The notes under the pieces: model-generated | What the model was told of the DNA's origin: nothing | Database searches by the model: none | The model's input: only the letters and a program-made list of their open reading frames with translations | Shown: positions 1-11,500 of the stretch, piece by piece | How positions within the stretch are numbered: the stretch's first letter is position 1 | Layout: every line of letters begins with the position of its first letter | NCBI GenBank assembly: GCA_013239625.1 | Contig: MU053559.1 | Span: 930,001 to 994,000, forward strand | DNA from: Lama guanicoe | Taxonomy: Eukaryota | Length of the DNA: 64,000 nucleotides | Direction: 5' to 3' | Translations under genes and position numbers: made by a program

Positions 1-498
1 ACTGAGACTGAATGAGGCAGTGAATGAGAAATGGTGCATGGAATGTGCCAGCCCAAGGGAAGAGCTCTCTTCTATCAATCCCCTTCCTCCTCAGGCCCCG
101 GGCTCTCTTCTCCCAGCTCTCCAAAATTTGAAATGCTGGAGTTCCCCGGAGATTGGCCAGGGGCTTCCCTTCCCTCTTCTCAGGAGCCGCGCCCTCTCCA
201 GGTGATCTGGCCCAGGCCCAGTCCTGGAAACTACTGCTCCCTCCGTGAGGCCCACATTTTTACCTCCAATCCAATCTAGATTATTCCTCTTAGCACTTAG
301 CAGAATCTCTGCAGCTTTGTTTATTGCATTTCTTTCTTCCTCCATTCAGTAGGCATTTATTGAGCACCTACTGTTTGCTGGTGCCGGTCCAGGCCCTGCA
401 GACACAGCGGTTAACAACCTAGACACAAATCCCTGCATTTATGGAGCTGGTATTTCAGTGAGGACAACGGACAAGAAACGAATACATCATATCAGGTG

Positions 499-1240
499 GT
501 GTTGCAATAATTACATGAGATAAGACTCAGTCTCTGTTTATATAAGAAATCTGTAGTCATTTTATTGCCCAAAATGTGTAGGAGAAGATGAAAGTGGCAA
601 CAATCCTCTTTCTGGGGAATCCCTCAAGTATGTATACAGTTTAGGAACAAAGGAAATATTGATTATAACATTCCCAGGGCAACAGGTGGCTAGATAAAGC
701 AGCCAACCAGAATTACAGGTTTCTTGCGGGGAGTTTGTTCTCGTAGGATAACAGCACTGATGTCTGAAGTCTTCGAGTCTTAACAAGACCCCTTTGTTCA
801 AAGCACGCTTTCAAAGACAGGCTTGTATTATCAGGAAGCAGTACATCTGTAACGGATACAAATGTCAACACACCTTGTCACCCATAAAACAAGACCAATA
901 TTCTTGTGAAAGTTCCATTTTAACACCTGACCAAATCAAATCAAATCCTTCTACCTTGTTTGAACTCGCAGAATGGTATTCCTCCATGGATGCAGGGGAG
1001 GTGAGACATTGCCTTCCTAACGTTCTGACTCCTTTATGTTAATTAAAAAGATTCCTGTTTTTAAAGCAGGCTCTGGAGTTTCACTCGTTAGGGTTGGTTG
1101 GTTGGTTGGTTTGTTTTTAGGGTTTATTTTTTAAAAAGAAAGACAATAGGTCTGTGGAGCGCTACCTACATGAAAAATGGGCTGGATGCAAATGAATTAT
1201 TAACGGGAGAATAAGAATTATGTAGAATAGTTTTTCTACA
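499..1240 (-). mobile_element. Possible solo LTR
   Basis: TG...CA-bounded non-coding block with minus-strand AATAAA (tttatt near 561); family and TSD not identified. Confidence 0.3.
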
Positions 1241-1254
1241 TACATACATTCAGG

Positions 1255-1442
1255 GACTAGAATGATGGCTCTTAAAGTGTGGTCCTCCACCAGGGTCACC
1301 TGGGACCTTGTTAGCAATTCACACTCTTGTGCCCCACCCCCGACCTACAGAATCCAGAACTGGAGTGGGGCCGGACAATCTGGATTTAACAAACTTCCAG
1401 ATGATTCTGATGCACACTAAGGTTTGAGAGCCACTGGGCTAG
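1255..1442. mobile_element. MER5A-like hAT DNA transposon fragment
   Basis: tctcttaaagtgtggtcc...tttaacaaacttccagatgattctgatgcacactaaggtttgagagccactg resembles the MER5A consensus (recall). Confidence 0.7.
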
Positions 1443-2294
1443 AGGGTGATGGGTGCCCTACAAAAAAGGTATCTGCAGAGGGCTTCTGTGAGGGAGGTGA
1501 CATTTACGGTCAGTCTCTTGGTCAGTCTCTTTTAGAGCATAAGCCCCTTAAGGGCCAGAATTTGGGACTGGCTTGTCTGCTTCCGTCCAATGCCCAGAAC
1601 AGTGCCTGGCACCCAATAGTTGCTCAATAAATATTGAATTAATGTATCTAACAAAGATCTCCTGCCAAATGCCAGACACTGGGCTTTTAAAAATCTGAAC
1701 TCCCAGTCTTCGCAACAAGTTCTGTGATGTAGGCTGTTGGGGGAGGCTGGTGGTCGGGAGGGCTGGTATGTATGATCTTGGTGGAACATGGCCAAGCCAG
1801 TTCCCTCCAAGCCACTCCCTCCTCAGGCCCTGAAGGTGTCCCCAGCTGGCCCCCAGGGGCAGTGGATTCCCCCGCCCTCCCCCTGTTCAGTCCTTCTGAA
1901 TTCTCCCCACACTCTCGCCACTTCCCCTTCTCACTTCCCTTGTGCTGACCTCCCATCCACATTCTAACCACAAAGAACCTCACTTTTAGGAAATAGGAGG
2001 TGGGTGGTGAAGTCAGGATGGAGGATGAAGCCATTACCTCGATGCTCGCTCCACCCCGTGAGGAGGGACACACCAAGTACCCCACGCTCATTTTGCTCTC
2101 ATTCAACACCCCCAGGAGGTTGGCCCCGTCGTTGAGGGAGAGATCAGGCCTTTCAAAGGTGGAGAACCTGAGGCTCAAAGAGGTTCAAGTGATTCACTCA
2201 AGGTCACACAGCAAGGAAGTTCAGTCTTGCTTAAAACTTCCGGGCTCCATTTCCCCACAAATGAGAATTAGTTCGAGGAATGTTGATGGAGTGC

Positions 2295-2585
2295 CGAAAG
2301 CTGCGGGGCGGGGCGGGGCGCAGGGTGCTGGAGATACAGCCACAAACAAACCGGGACCAAGAGTGAGGCAGGAAGTAGGGAGGGGAGTGGGGAGGAGGAA
2401 GCTCAGGAGCAGAGATGACCGGGGAGGTGTCAGGAGCTGAAGAGACCCGCTCCCTCCCCGCTGCTGCCCTTCGCCCTCCCAGTTCCTCCTGCCCCTGGTT
2501 CCTCTTTCCCACCAAGTCCAGGAGCAGGTCAGCCCACATAAAGCCAGGCCTTCTCTGGCGGGGCTGCAGGGCTGCTGGGCACAAC
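2295..2585 (+). promoter_or_regulatory. CFP: CFP proximal promoter / 5' UTR
   Basis: Tandem GC boxes (gcggggcggggcggggcg near 2303) and an ETS/PU.1-like caggaagt near 2369, upstream of ATG 2586. Confidence 0.5.
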
Positions 2586-2691
2586 ATGTCCACCCCAGTG
2601 CAGGCCCCTGGCTTACTGCTGCCGCCGCTGCTGCTGACTGGCCCACTGCTGCCGCCGCTGCTGCTGCTGCTGCTAACCCTGCCGGCCACAG
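2586..2691 (+). CDS. CFP: CFP coding exon 1 (signal peptide)
   Basis: [35 protein letters not shown]; donor gtgagt. Confidence 0.93.
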
Positions 2692-5600
2692 GTGAGTGGG
2701 CAGTGGGGGGGCCAACTGGCCCCCCATGGGTTCCTGGGCCCCCCCCACCTCCCTGACCATGCTTCCCCACCCCGTTACAGGTTCAGACCCCGTCCTCTGC
2801 TTCACCCAGTATGAGGAATCTTCGGGCAAGTGCAAGGGCCTCCTTGGGGGAGGTGTTAGCGCGGAAGACTGCTGTCTCAATGCTGACTATGCCTTCCAGG
2901 AGTCCAGCCACAGTTTCTGTATGGCATGCAGGTTAGGCGGGAACCTAGGGTTTGGGAGGAGGCAGAAAGGACTGTCCACCAGGGGACCCAGCACTGGGCT
3001 GTTTACTTCTCTGAGATTTCCAAGGGTAGCTCCGAGGCCCTGAACATGACCATAGCTCATAGAATTTCTCAGCCTCGGCTCTGCTGACACTTGGGGCCAG
3101 AAAATCCTTTGTCGTGGGGGGTGACCGGTACATTGCAGAATGTGTTGCCAGGAGCAGCTTGCAGCCACAAAAATGTCTCCAGATATCTCTGGACGTTCCC
3201 TGTGGGGGCTAAAAATCACGCCTGGTGGAGGACTGCCATGGTTTACACATAATAAGCACTTCCTGTCTACCAGAAGCATAGTAGGTGGGGCACAGCTCAG
3301 GTATTTCTGAAGGTAGCTCAAGTCCCCTAGTGGTGATAACAGCTCATATTGAGTGCTTACTGTATACAGACACATCGAGGGACGGGGAGAGTTTGGCGAC
3401 TTCTGAGAGCAGCTCCAGGCCCCTCATTCTGATGACACTTCACACTCACCGAGCGCTTCTGGCACACCAGATGCCTTGTAGGGGTTGAGGGGAGCTGAGA
3501 GGAGCTCTCATCTCCCAACCGTGATGCCAGCTTACACGTATTGAGCCCTCTCTATATGCCAGACATATTTTCTAACTGCTTACTGTATCTCCCAGATACA
3601 CCATGGGGATTTTTGAAGGCAGCTCTGGGTCTACTAGTCATGTCAACAGGTCACATGTGTTTAACATTATGCTGTGCAGGGAGCTGAGAGTAGATCTGGA
3701 GTATTTCTGGTGGGGTCTCTGGGCTCATGGGGTTGATGGTTCCTATTGATTAAGTACTTCCTGTTTGCCTGCTACCATGCGCAGCTGTGGCCTGGTGGGT
3801 TTCTGACCGCAGTTCTGGGCCCCTGGTCCTTTCATTTGCTTACTACATGCCTGGCACTGCCCTTGGGGTGCTTCGAAGGGTAATTCCAGGTTCCTGATCG
3901 TGAAGGTAAATGATATTTAAGTATTTACTGGGTGCCCACCTCTTCCCGTTCAATCCCCCAGTATCCCTAAGAGGTAAATACCCTCATGACTCCATTCCAC
4001 ATACATCCATTCCACACCCCGTCCTGTGCTGGCCCACACTCTGTGGTCCCATACACCATCCCTGCCAGAGCGCACCAGGATGGGACCCGTGTGCTCCTCT
4101 CTGCAGGTTCCCGCGTTGGTCACCGTGGTCCACGTGGACCCCTTGCTCTATGACCTGCACCGAGGGCTCCCAGCTGCGACACCGGCGCTGCATAGGCCAG
4201 GGTGGGCAGTGTCCTGACAAGGTGGAGCCCGGGACCCTCCAGTGGCAGCTACAGGCCTGTGAAGACCAGCCGTGCTGTCCTGGTGAGGAGGATCAGCAAG
4301 GCGGGCGAGCCCTGACAGTTAGCCAGCACTGGGAACAATCGGGGCAGAAGCCCTGAGGGTGGAACTGTGCCTAGTACTTGTGAGGCACCAAGGAGGAGGC
4401 CAGTGTGGCTGGAGGAGAGCGGTGGGAGGTGAGGTTGGCAGGGACTGATCCTTGTGGGCCATGGTGAGGATGCTGGCTTTTGGGCTTATTTTTTTATTAT
4501 TATTACTGTAATATAGTTAATTTTCAATGTTGTGTTAGTTTTTGGTGTACAGCATAGTGATTCAGTTATACATACATACATATATATTCTTTTTCAGATT
4601 CTTTTTCATTATAGGTTATTACAAGGTATTGAATGTAGTTCCCTGTGCTATACAGTAGGACCTTGTTGTTTATCTATTTTATATATAGTAGTTTCTATCT
4701 GCTAATCCCAAACTCCTAATTTATCCCTCCCTCCACATTTCCCCTTTGGTAAGTATCTGTTTGTTTTCTGTAAGTCTCTTTCTGTTTTGTAAATGAAATG
4801 CTACTCAGCCATAGGAAAGAATGAAATAAAGGGGAGGGTATACCTCAGTGGTAAAGTGCATGCCCAGCATGCACAAGGTCCTGGGTTCAAGCCCCAGTAC
4901 CCCCATTAATAAACAAACAAACCAACCTAATAACTCCCCCACCAAAAAAAAATGAAATAATGCCATTTGCAGCAACATGAATGGACCTAGAGGCAATCAT
5001 ACTTTATGAATTTAGACAGAGAAACACAAATATCCTATGATATCACTTATATATGGAATCTTAAAAAATGAGACAAAAGGATGTTGGCTTTTATTCTGAG
5101 TGATGTTGTGATGGCAGAGGAGAAACATGACCTGACTTGGGTTGCGACAGATCCCTCTTGCTGTCAAGAAGACAGACTGTATGTGGTGAGGAGTGAAGCA
5201 GAGGGACCAGTGTGAAGGTTCCTGCAGTGGTCCAGATGTGCAATGCTGGTAGGCCAGGTGTGGCCACAGATGTGGTGACAGGATTAGCTGACGTGGGGTT
5301 CATGAGGAAGCTTGGATCCCTGAATGACACCACCACCTCCATCTTGTCCCCATCTTTTCTCTCCCACAGAGATGGGTGGTTGGTCCAAATGGGGGTCCTG
5401 GACATCTTGCTCTGTCACCTGCTCCAGAGGGACCCGGACTCGTCATCGAGCATGTGATCAGCCTGTCCCCAAGTGTGGGGGCGGCTGCCTAGGAGAGGCA
5501 AAGGAGTCAGAGGCCTGTGACACCAAACAGGTCTGCCCCAGTGAGTGAGGGCAACCACAGGGCACTGATGTGGGCCCCCAGGGTGGGTCTTGGGGCTACA

Positions 5601-8535
5601 GCAGGGACCTTCCAGGGTAGGAGGAGTGAAGCACGCATGCCCACACTTGGCATCTCTTTACCCCCACCCCTGTCACAGCACATGGGGCCTGGGCAGCTTG
5701 GGGCCCCTGGGGCCCCTGCTCAGGCACCTGCCACGGTGGACCCAAAGCACACACGGAGAAACGGAGCCGCACGTGTTCTGCACCTGAGCCTTCCAAGCAG
5801 CCTCCCGGGAACCCCTGCTCAGGGTCAGCCTACGAGCAGCGGGCCTGCACCGGCCTGCCACCCTGCCCAGGTACTCGGGGATGAGGCCTCTTGACTTAGG
5901 CACAGAAGCACTGCCGTTTCAGGGGACAGAGATCTTAGGCCATGTGACCAGGGAGCTCTTTGTTGGGAGCCAGTTGGCCTCAGGGGTCCAAGGGCTGAGG
6001 GAGTAGAGACTGAGGTGGCCTTTCTCTTCACTCCTCCTATTCCCCACCAACAGTGGCTGGTGGCTGGGGACCATGGAGCCCTGTGAGCCCCTGCCCTGTG
6101 ACCTGTGGCCTGGGCCAGACCCGAGAACAACGGACATGTGATCACCCTGTACCTCAGCACGGGGGCCTCTTCTGTGTTGGTGATGCCACCAGGACCCACA
6201 TCTGCAACACGGCCGTGCCCTGCCCTGGTCAGCACCCCAAGATGAACCATTTCCATGCCTTAGCGCCCTACCCCGCCCCCCAGCCAATCTCCACTGCCCA
6301 GTTCCTGCTGTTAATGCCTTGTTCCTGCCTCTGATTCCTCCATTCCTGGCCATGATGCCTTGGTTCTACCTCTGATCCTCTTTTCCCACATCTGACCATT
6401 CCCACTCCCTCCCCCAGCCCCCATTCCTTCCTCCGATCCCCTTCGCTGGCTCCTTTCTTTGGTGCAAGCCCAGCTGCCCCTGTCTCGGCAGTGAACGGAG
6501 AGTGGGGGCCCTGGGGGGAGTGGAGCACCTGCGCCCGCCCAAGCATCAAACACATCAGCTGCCAGGAGATCCCAGGCCAGCAGATCCGCTCCAGGAGCTG
6601 CAGAGGCCGCAAATTTGATGGACTGCGGTGTGTCGGGCAACTGCAGGATATCCGGCACTGCTACAATATCCAGCGCTGCCCCTGTGAGTGCCCCCCCCAG
6701 AGACTACACGGTGAGGGTGGGGCAGCCTGTGTGAGGATGGGGGCTTTCTGACTGTCTGCCGGAGACCCCATGTCCCTGTAGCCCCTCTCTCGCCACCCCA
6801 TCCAGTCCTGTAATTCTGACTTGGGAATCGCTTCCCTTTTTGCAGGGAAAGGCTCGTGGTCAGAGTGGAGTACCTGGGGGCTGTGTATGCCCCCATGTGG
6901 ACCCAACCCCATCCGTACCCGCCAGCGCCTCTGCAAGGCTACGCTCCCGAAGTTCTCGTGAGTGAGGGGGCAGTGCGCCTGGGGAGGCGGGTCATGATAT
7001 TGACAGGTCAGCCGTCAGGGTGGGAGAGCCGGCCACCCTCAACCTGGGTTTCCACCACTGGGTCTAAGGCGCCTGCTTTGCCAAAAGCCATCTCCCAGCT
7101 GCAGGAAGAGGGGAGAAACTAAAGAAGAAGCTGAGAAAGAGGATGTTGAGGGGAGAATTAGTAGCCTCCATGCCCTTGGGTCACTCATTCAGTCACTTAG
7201 CCATTCTCCCATTCACTCTGCCCTTCACATGTCATTTGCTCTGCTCCCTCGGTCACCCAAGTTTTGATTGGTTCATTCAGTCCCTCTGTCCCTCATGCCT
7301 CCATTCACTTGTTAATTCCTTCAGTCCCTCATGCCTCCATGGGTACATGATGTGTCTTTCCGCATCTCCCTGCCCTAAGGCATTCTTTCTAAGGCCTTTT
7401 CAGCAACAGTGGCAGACACACAGAACCCAGATCCCATAGATTCCCCCAAGGGCTCCAGGTCGGCAGGGCCCCGACAGAAGGCATATGAGGAATGGTCAGT
7501 GTGTGGAAAAGGGACTGATGCCACCTCAGTCTGGGTCCAGGAAGCTGACTGGACCCCTCCCCTGGCAGGAAGGGGTCGGGAAAGTCTTTCCTATCAAAAC
7601 TGTGTGAGCAGAGTCCTGGACACAGGTGATCAGGGGCCCGAAGTGTTTCCCAGTGGCCAGGGTGGCACAGGTGTTGGAAAGGGTTAAGACACTCACTCAT
7701 CCCTTCCTTATTTCCACATACATCAAGCTGCTATATTAAGTGGCCTGTTCCCAACTCGTGGAAGGCCTGCCATCTGGTCTCCGGGTGTGGGTTTAGAGGG
7801 GGTCTGGAAGGTGAGTTAGGGTTTAAATGGAGGCACGAAGGACTTGGCAGGGTGAGGAAATGAATGGAGGACATTGGGATGGGAGGGATTGGGAGAAATA
7901 ACCCAGGCAAAGACTATTCTGGACATGGGACTTAGTCCGAATAAAGTGGAAGAGAGAGATAGATTGACTTGGGGACAGAGATTTGGGCCCAACAACAAGG
8001 CCTTGAACGCCAGGGCAAGGCATTTGGGTTTTTTCCAGTGGGCAATGGGGAGAGATATAAAAGGTTTGGGAGGGAAGAGAAAGTAGTTCATATCAACAGA
8101 TAATAATTACCAGCATTTATTGAGCACTTACTGTGTACCAGACATGACTCAGCACTTTACCTGAATGAACTCATTTAGCCTCATTTAGCCCAGTGAGGTA
8201 GGTATTATTATTATTCTCGTTTTTCAGATGAGGGAAACTGAGGCACAAGGGAGATAAAGAAATTTCCCAATATCTCACAGCTGAAAAATAGCGTTGGGCA
8301 TACCGTAGGCGCTCAGTTAGAGTTTGTTGAATGCATTCTTGCCTTTTCTGAGCTTCTCCTCTCTATTCCCACCTAACTGCCCAGGCCCACTGTTACCATA
8401 GTCGAAGGTCAGGGTGAGAAGAACGTGACCTTCTGGGGGAAACCATCGGCGCTGTGCGATGTGCTGCAGGGGCAGAAGGTGACGGTGGAAGAGAAACGTC
8501 CATGTCTGCACGTGCCTGCCTGCAGAGAACCCTGA
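2586..8535 (+). CDS. CFP: Properdin (complement factor P), 9 coding exons, 474 aa as read
   Basis: join(2586-2691,2781-2931,4107-4282,5370-5540,5679-5870,6054-6227,6492-6683,6846-6957,8385-8535); GT-AG introns in phase; signal peptide, mature [14 protein letters not shown] domains with WxxWxxC motifs. Confidence 0.97.
2781..2931 (+). CDS. CFP: CFP coding exon 2 (TB/TSR0 domain)
   Basis: [22 protein letters not shown]...CMACR. Confidence 0.95.
3060..3240. mobile_element. MER20-like DNA transposon
   Basis: caaaaatgtctccagata...ccctgtggggg MER20-like text (recall). Confidence 0.6.
3250..3940 (+). repeat. Degenerate tandem array, about 90-100 bp period
   Basis: Recurring ttgagtgcttactgt..ccag plus ctgagagcagctc motifs, about 8 copies. 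Confidence 0.55.
4107..4282 (+). CDS. CFP: CFP coding exon 3 (TSR1)
   Basis: [24 protein letters not shown]...QPCCP. Confidence 0.95.
4482..5078. mobile_element. 5'-inverted L1 3' fragment with TSD
   Basis: Antisense L1 tail about 4490-4795 followed by the adjacent sense segment; TSD ggatg(c/t)tggctttt at 4468-4481 and 5079-5092. Confidence 0.75.
4831..4950 (+). mobile_element. tRNA-derived SINE (Vic-1-like)
   Basis: A/B-box head ggggagggtatacctcagtgg...gggttcaagcccc; TSD aatgaaataa on both sides. Confidence 0.85.
5370..5540 (+). CDS. CFP: CFP coding exon 4 (TSR2)
   Basis: [21 protein letters not shown]...KQVCP. Confidence 0.95.
5679..5870 (+). CDS. CFP: CFP coding exon 5 (TSR3)
   Basis: [20 protein letters not shown]...LPPCP. 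Confidence 0.95.
6054..6227 (+). CDS. CFP: CFP coding exon 6 (TSR4)
   Basis: [21 protein letters not shown]...AVPCP. Confidence 0.95.
6492..6683 (+). CDS. CFP: CFP coding exon 7 (TSR5)
   Basis: [14 protein letters not shown]...[10 protein letters not shown]...IQRCP. Confidence 0.95.
6846..6957 (+). CDS. CFP: CFP coding exon 8 (TSR6 N-part)
   Basis: [21 protein letters not shown]...LPKF. Confidence 0.95.
8100..8285. mobile_element. MIR SINE
   Basis: MIR core ttttcagatgagggaaactgaggcac; similar cores near 10850, 37520, 44040, 45560, 60745 and 61665. Confidence 0.7.
8385..8535 (+). CDS. CFP: CFP last coding exon (TSR6 C-part)
   Basis: [18 protein letters not shown]...[10 protein letters not shown]; in-frame TGA 8533-8535; ancestral-looking TAA at 8549-8551 is out of frame. 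Confidence 0.9.
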
Positions 8536-8593
8536 AGATGAGAAGCTTTAACATCTCTCTTTTCCACTCTGACCCCCTGACCCCTGAGACGTC

Positions 8594-8599
8594 AATAAA
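8594..8599 (+). terminator. CFP: CFP polyadenylation signal
   Basis: AATAAA about 60 nt after the stop codon. Confidence 0.85.
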
Positions 8600-11500
8600 C
8601 CAGCCTTTTCCTCAGGAGTGGGACCATAGCATCTTCTAGGCCAGAGAGGACAACACGGGCAAAGTTGCAGTGGCCTGTGGTGGAAAACTAATTTCCACTG
8701 TGGCCACAGCATGACAGGAGTGAAGGCGAGCATCCTTCTCTGCTGTAGCCCTGACGTCTGCCCGCCTCTCTGCAGTGCCCCGGGGCACCCAGCACGTCTC
8801 TCTGCAGAGTTCCGAATTACGAATTATGGGCTTCCTGATTGGCTACCCGCCCCGGCAGGCACTTTCTGATTGGCCGGCGGGCTTGTTTTCCATCTCCCCG
8901 CCTCCTAAAGCTCCCTCCTCTGTCAGATTCCACGTCAATCGAGCCTTGAACCCCGGCAGAGGCGTGGCTGGGGGGTTGGCGCCCTACCGAGAGAACACCT
9001 GCACCCACCCACATCCAACAGCCCAGTTCCAACTCCGCAATTAGCGGCGGCAAATAGCTACGCGAGGCGGGGTGGAGGGGCGACAGAGAAAGTGCCTATG
9101 AGGTGCTCTGATCTGGGACAAGGGCAAAGAAAAGCTAGAGTCAGCATCTGCCCGGAGGAGCCCCCAAAACAAACCCAGAGACATTCCTTCAGCGGTTGTT
9201 CATTCATTCAACACTTATTAGCATCTACTGTATACTAGAGCTAAGTCTGGGCATCGGGTGGAGGAGGGCTTGTAAAAGGAGAGGACATCTAAGCGAGGGG
9301 ATAAACTAGAATAGGTGATCTTTTTACTGAACATTTATTCAACGACGCCTACTCTAGACTAACAGTAGCGCTGGACATCATGGGGGATGGGGAAGAAGTC
9401 AGAGCGGTATGTGTCTCCACAGGGAAGGGAACAAACTGAGGCTGTGTGTCTGGTGGTGTTTTAATACTTTCCATAGCATGAATTCATTTAATCCACAACG
9501 AACATATGAGGTCAATATTATAATCCTCATTTTACCAAGGAGGAAACAAGCTCAGAAAGGTAGTGAGATGGACATTTCTGAAACACCATGTCAGGAGCAG
9601 AGTTTAGGACTTTGTGCTGTGAGTGCAGGGGCATCTCTCTGTGGGAGGATTCAGATGGGAGATCTGTAACACCCAGAGTTTGTCAGGGTGCTCACTTCTC
9701 TGGGTTGATTTTCCCTCGTGTAAAATGGGTCAATTGATGGGTTGGGGTGAAGACAAAGTCGATGACTGGTTATCTTGGGAGGAATGAGCCAAATCTAGGG
9801 GTTCTGGTTACTACTCTAAGGTATAAGAGAGGTATGTGTTTACAAGAAAGTGGACATTTGGCTGTATGTGTGCATTACGAGGTACATATCTCTGTGTATG
9901 TGTGATATGCAGACCTATCAGTCTGTGCAAGAACTAAGGATGTATTGAATGTGTGTGGAATGCATGTAAAATAGCAACCGTGTGCACCATAACAATGTGT
10001 GAGTTATACGGGGTTATTGTGTGCACACACATATGCACATTAAGGTGGTATGGATATGTACGTGTGAGTTATAAACATGGGTACAATATTGATTATGAAC
10101 ATATGTCAGGGGCGTGTTTCAGAGTCGTTACTCACCAATGCACAACAAAGAAGAGCATTCTTGGTGCCCCTTCTGTATGCTCATTCCTGCCGGAGAAGGT
10201 GAAGACAGTACAGAGGAACCTGACCTCTGCCTCCCGGGAGTTGAGATATTCCTGGAGGAGGGGAAAGGATCTTCATTCTTCTGTAAAATCATCTACAAAA
10301 AAAATTAATTTCTGGGAATTGAGCCACCTGGAGAAAGAGAATGACCCTGGGGGCCATGAGTCCTAGAAACCTGGGAATGGGGCCCCTGGGAAGAGGCAGT
10401 CTGGAGACAGATTCCTAAAGAGCCCGACTTCTCACTCCCAGAGGAACCAAAATGGTCTGTAGACCTGCAGCTGCTTCTGTCCCCCAGAGAGGGCACCATG
10501 GGTCCAGCACAGCTTGTTTGCTTCAGTTACCGAGCAAAAAAACTGGGGAGCACATACTTAAAAATGTTGGAAAATACCCAATTTGTGGGGAGTTCCCCAT
10601 CTGGGGAGCACTGGGATGTGAAATGCCAGAGAGGGGGAAGGAATGACAAAGCAAAGGCCTGCAGATAGAACTGAAGCTGGCTGGAATGGAGGAGGGAGCA
10701 GAGATGGTGGACTGTGGGAGTCTAAGGGAAGAGGGGACTTCCCGGAGACCTTGGCCAAAGATGATCCTTGAGAGAGGGACTAGACATTCCTGGCAGAAGT
10801 CACAGCACTCCCTCACCCCCACCCCCTTGGTGTTGGGTCAGGTGATCATTTTTACAGACGAGGAAGCCAAGTTTCAGAGGTGTTGAGTCACTTTCCCAAA
10901 AGTATAGTGGAAGCCCAGTTTGAACCCAGGTATTCTGACTTCAGATCTCACACCATCATGACCTTGTTTAAACAAGCCAAGTATTTAATGAATGAAGGAT
11001 GTACAAATGAGTAAGTGAATGATTCAGTTGAAAATCCTGCAGGCAGAAGAGTCTCCAAATCTGCCTACTTCTTGCCATATCTTCTTCCACCTCACTTAGT
11101 CCACCATCATCACTCACTATGGTCCACAAAGCCCTGCTCCATCTAGTCCCTGATGACCTTCCTGACCCCATCTCCTGCCACAATCCCCCTCACTCATTTT
11201 GTTCCAGCCACACTGACACCTCTTTCTGGCACATTCTTTAAAGAAAAAATATGGATCATAAAGTGAACATGACCCTTTGGGAATGAATTGGAGTTCTTGG
11301 ATTCCTTCATTTGTAAAATGGAAATCATATTACCCAACGCATAGTATTGTTGTAGGGGTTGGGTACAATCAATCAACAAATGGTTATTTTTAAATGGATT
11401 GGTGTTTTCATTGTTGTAGGATTTAATAGGAGCTTCCACAGCCCACCTCTGTCCAGACCATAAGGATCATTAGCTCATGTGGCAAGCATCATTTGACACC

